Assembly (NCBI GenBank): GCA_038896535.1
Contig: JAWACY010000001.1
Span: forward strand, 288,001-352,000
Direction of reading: 5' to 3'
Origin: Candidatus Anstonellales archaeon
Lineage (GTDB): Archaea; Micrarchaeota; Micrarchaeia; Anstonellales; J096
Length of the DNA stretch: 64,000 nt
Part shown: piece after piece, positions 60,569 to 64,000 of the stretch
How positions within the stretch are numbered: the stretch's first letter is position 1
How the letters are laid out: every line of letters starts with the position of its first letter
The notes under the pieces: model-generated
Database searches by the model: none
Told to the model about the DNA's origin: nothing
What the model saw: only the letters and a program-made list of their open reading frames with translations
Program-made: the position numbers and the translations under genes

Positions 60569-60959
60569 CATAAAAGGAAAAGACAATGTTATTGCTGTTG
60601 TTGGAGCAAGCAGAGAGCATTATAAGTATGGGTTTAAAGTTTTTTACACATTGCTTGTGAATGGCTTTAATGTTTATCCGGTAAATCCAAATGCTGATTT
60701 TATAGCTGGCAAGAAGTGTTATGCATCAATAAGGGATATTCCAGAAAAGCCAGATATTGTAATAACAGTCACAAAGCCAGAGGTTACTGAAAAAATTATT
60801 GATGATTTAAAAGGAATGAAAATAAAAGTTTTTTGGATGCAGCCAGGGAGTGAAAGCAAAGGAGCAATAGAAAAATGCAAAAAACTGAATATAAATTATA
60901 GTGCAGGAAAATGCTATATAAAGGATGAGCTTAAAATAGATTTTGCTGTGATAGAATGA
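60555..60959 (+). CDS. CoA-binding domain protein (YccU-like)
   Basis: IAVVGAS, VYPVNP, WMQPG. Confidence 0.9.
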   Translation: MKENDIKGKDNVIAVVGASREHYKYGFKVFYTLLVNGFNVYPVNPNADFIAGKKCYASIRDIPEKPDIVITVTKPEVTEKIIDDLKGMKIKVFWMQPGSESKGAIEKCKKLNINYSAGKCYIKDELKIDFAVIE

Positions 60960-61474
60960 AAAAAGCAACATTTGCTGGTGGCTGCTTTTGGTGTATGGAA
61001 TATGCATTTAGCAAAATCCAAGGCATTGTTGATATAAAAGTTGGTTATGCAAATTGTAGAATAAGAAATCCAAATTATGAGAGCGTTAGCAAAGGCAATA
61101 CGGGATGTTATGAAGCAGTGCAAATAACTTATGATGAAAATAAGCTAAGCTATGAAACATTGCTGGATGTTTTCTGGCATAATATAAATCCAGAAGATGA
61201 TGAAGGCCAATTTTCAGATAAGGGGGAGCAATATAGAACTGCTATTTTTTGGCATAGCCAAGAGCAGAGACAAAAAGCAATAGAATCAAAAAATGCACTG
61301 CTCAAAAAAGGAATATTTAATGAAATAAGAACAAAAATCATAAAATTTAAGAATTTCTATATTGCAGAGGATTACCATCAAGCATATTATAGGAAAAATC
61401 CAATAAGGTTTTTTGTTTATGAATCATTATCTGGAAGAAAAGCATTTATTGAGAAAGTTTGGGGCAAGCATTAA
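60956..61474 (+). CDS. msrA: Peptide methionine sulfoxide reductase A
   Basis: FAGGCFWC, GQF.D.G.QYR, AEDYHQ.YY. Confidence 0.95.
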   Translation: MKKATFAGGCFWCMEYAFSKIQGIVDIKVGYANCRIRNPNYESVSKGNTGCYEAVQITYDENKLSYETLLDVFWHNINPEDDEGQFSDKGEQYRTAIFWHSQEQRQKAIESKNALLKKGIFNEIRTKIIKFKNFYIAEDYHQAYYRKNPIRFFVYESLSGRKAFIEKVWGKH

Positions 61475-61485
61475 TTGCTAGCATG

Positions 61486-62547
61486 TTAAGATTTTTTGAA
61501 TGGCTCTAAAATATCATCATAGCTAAGGCCTAATCTTTCTTTATAATTTTTGTTTAAAAGATACCTAGCTATTTCACTTATCTCCTCCCTGCTTTTTTCT
61601 ATCAATGTTCTTTTCCCCATATCTTTTAATAATATTGATTTTGCTAATGAATGTCCATCATTATTATTTATTTCCAATTCTGTTTCTAAGAATAACTTCG
61701 GGTCAGAAAAGGCAAGTTCTGCTAGGTAGCTTCTATATTCCCCAAATATTCCAGTATGCCTATCAAAGATAAGAAAATCAAAAGCATGTTGCAGTTCATG
61801 CTGTAAAATTGGCTCAAATCTAACTTTGCCAGTAGGAAAAATTATTATATTGATATGCCAATCATTTTTAGCAGTTAAGCCCACTTCAATACAATCTTTA
61901 GCTGGGTAAGAGCTAAACATATAAGCAGCCATTATATTTATTGCTCCAAGTTTTTTATACTTATTAAAAAAGCCGACTCTCAGCTTATACTCATATGGTT
62001 GGTTATCATAATAAATGCCAAATTTGAATAAATCTTCATATAGATTAATTTTTCCCATATAATCATTTAAGTCAATAAAATAGTTGTCTAATATTGAATC
62101 AAGTTTATGCTTTTTTCTTAACAAACTTTTATTTTTTGGCTTTAATGCAAGAGAAATATTAATAATGAGGTAATTTAACATTAATTCTTTAATTAGTGAT
62201 AATGCTTTTTCATCTTTAATAATTTTTTTTAATCTTTCTTGAATGACTTCATATAATTTTTTTTCATTGGGTTTAATTTCGTCAAAATTATTAATGTCAA
62301 TATCCTGCCTTTTTGTCATATGCTTAATTGTAGCAAAAAATCTTGATAATAAGTTAATGTCCCCAATATTTCTTAAAAAATAAAAATAAGCCTTAGGCTT
62401 TGATGACCTTTTTATTGTTTCAAGAACTTTTTCTTCTAATTTTTTAAAGGCCCGCCTGCCCCTTTCAGTTTTACTTTGCATTTTAGATAATGGCTTTTTA
62501 TAGAATGATTCATTTACAATGTTATATAGGCTAAGCTTGGCTCGCAT
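61486..62547 (-). CDS. Hypothetical protein with HExxH zincin-like motif
   Basis: ILQHELQHAFD followed by GEYRSYLAE. Confidence 0.6.
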   Translation of the reverse strand: MRAKLSLYNIVNESFYKKPLSKMQSKTERGRRAFKKLEEKVLETIKRSSKPKAYFYFLRNIGDINLLSRFFATIKHMTKRQDIDINNFDEIKPNEKKLYEVIQERLKKIIKDEKALSLIKELMLNYLIINISLALKPKNKSLLRKKHKLDSILDNYFIDLNDYMGKINLYEDLFKFGIYYDNQPYEYKLRVGFFNKYKKLGAINIMAAYMFSSYPAKDCIEVGLTAKNDWHINIIIFPTGKVRFEPILQHELQHAFDFLIFDRHTGIFGEYRSYLAELAFSDPKLFLETELEINNNDGHSLAKSILLKDMGKRTLIEKSREEISEIARYLLNKNYKERLGLSYDDILEPFKKS

Positions 62548-63166
62548 ATTTCTCCCCTACCATTTTTTCAAATTCATTTAACTTATGTTTTATTTTTTCA
62601 ATCACTTCAGCATAATGTTTTCTTGGCACTACATTCAAAAGATTTAGAACAATTTTTTCTGCGCATAAGGCCAATATTTCCTCATACACTATTATGGCAA
62701 TTTCTTTTTCTTTTAATTCATTTATATTTTGATCAGTGCCAAGTTTTGAAATTGAAAAATTAAACCTTCCTTTGTTTTTTGCACACCCTATATGAAATGT
62801 TTCATGCATCAATAAAGCAATAAAACTAAAGTCATTTTCAATTACATTATTTATGCCTTGCTTTGTTATTACTATTTCATAAAGATTTTTTCTTTCTGCT
62901 TTTCTTCTTGAATTATTATATACATTAAAATATGACAACTCATTAGTTATTGCATTATTTACATTAATAATATTTGCCTGCCCTGCTATAAGGCCGTAAA
63001 TGCTCATTCCCTCTATAAGAAGATATTTTGCTTTTTTTAGTTCTTTATTTATTGTTTCTTTTATGCTGTCTTCATTAACCCTTATTTTTAACTCTAACTC
63101 TGGCTTGTATTCAAAGTGTTTTTTTATTATGCCCCTTGCTTTTTGCTCAAGTAAAAGCAATTCCAT
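62531..63166 (-). CDS. Hypothetical protein with HExxH zincin-like motif
   Basis: LLMHETFHIG followed by EEILA. Confidence 0.58.
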   Translation of the reverse strand: MELLLLEQKARGIIKKHFEYKPELELKIRVNEDSIKETINKELKKAKYLLIEGMSIYGLIAGQANIINVNNAITNELSYFNVYNNSRRKAERKNLYEIVITKQGINNVIENDFSFIALLMHETFHIGCAKNKGRFNFSISKLGTDQNINELKEKEIAIIVYEEILALCAEKIVLNLLNVVPRKHYAEVIEKIKHKLNEFEKMVGEKYASQA

Positions 63167-63227
63167 TTTCCCAATCCCAGAATTATTCTTATCATGCCTT
63201 TTTTAAATTTATCTATGTTTATAAATT

Positions 63228-64000
63228 ATGCTTGTTTTTAATCATTGGGCTTACAAAATCGCTGAAAAGATAATGAGAGAAAAGCCAGATGGAAAAATAG
63301 TCATAACATCTGGCATAACAACTTCTGGCCCTGCACATTTAGGCACTGTAATAGAAGGGCTTATGCCAAATACAATAAAAAAAGTGCTTTTAGAATACAA
63401 AAGAGATGTGGATTTCTATTTTATTGCTGACATAATGGATGCTTTTGATTCTGTGCCAAGAGATTTGATGCAATTTAAAGAATTTCTTGAACCACATTTA
63501 GGAAAACCGCTTGCCTTTGTGCCTGATCCATTTTCATGCCATGATAGCTATGCAGAGCATTTTTTACAAGAAGCACTTTATGTATTTAATGCCTTTGGCA
63601 TAAATCCAATTGTTAAAAGGGCGCATGAGTTATACAAGCAAGGAGCATTTGAGAAACAAACTATAATATTAATTAACAATTTTGAGCGCGTTAAAGAGAT
63701 TGTTGAAAAAACATCTGGCAGAACATTGGGCAAGGATTGGCATGTTATCATGCCAGTATGCGAAAAATGTGGAAAAATAGCTACAACGACAATAACCAAA
63801 TGGGATAAAGAAGGAAATTATGAATACATATGTAATAAAGATGTTGGCTATACAAAAGGCTGTAATTATGAAGGCAAAAGTAATATAAAATATGGAAATT
63901 ATAAATTACAATGGCGTTTGCACTGGCCTAGTTGGCACTATTATTTTAATACAACAGCAGAAGGGGGCGGGCTCGATCATTTTACAAAAGGCGGGAGTTG
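63228..64000 (+). CDS. lysS: Class I lysyl-tRNA synthetase (3' end runs off the window)
   Basis: Not in ORF track. Manual translation MLVFNHWAYKIAEKI...SGITTSGPAHLG...ADIMD...PDPF...CEKCGK...KLQWRLHWP..W. Confidence 0.93.
   Translation, partial: MLVFNHWAYKIAEKIMREKPDGKIVITSGITTSGPAHLGTVIEGLMPNTIKKVLLEYKRDVDFYFIADIMDAFDSVPRDLMQFKEFLEPHLGKPLAFVPDPFSCHDSYAEHFLQEALYVFNAFGINPIVKRAHELYKQGAFEKQTIILINNFERVKEIVEKTSGRTLGKDWHVIMPVCEKCGKIATTTITKWDKEGNYEYICNKDVGYTKGCNYEGKSNIKYGNYKLQWRLHWPSWHYYFNTTAEGGGLDHFTKGGS

Overview
AT-rich archaeal chromosomal segment. Class I LysRS, membrane-anchored LonB, Nop10, NMD3, pelota, eL18 and Rpo10 mark it as archaeal; compact spacing and many N-terminal 'LFGC'-type exported proteins suggest a DPANN lineage, probably Micrarchaeota (inference). 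It is mostly housekeeping: two ribosomal protein clusters, four tRNAs (one with a 17-nt BHB intron in the T-loop), split class II ribonucleotide reductase, TopA, PyrH, CorA and MsrA. Best leads: (1) a roughly 12-kb locus (40.1-52.2 kb) with a VirB4/HerA-like ATPase operon, an exported protein with an apparently inactive lytic-transglycosylase-like domain, a triple excisionase-type HTH protein, a DUF429-like nuclease and an apparently inactive ComEC-type MBL protein, together a candidate DNA-transfer or host-contact apparatus; (2) an unexplained intergenic array of conserved-stem, variable-loop palindromes at 32.05-32.27 kb; (3) a type II R-M insertion whose endonuclease is frameshifted in an A8 tract; (4) an L1-binding-site-like leader covering the rpl1 Shine-Dalgarno; (5) an extremely acidic 48-aa peptide. 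All calls come from reading motifs by eye; no searches were run.
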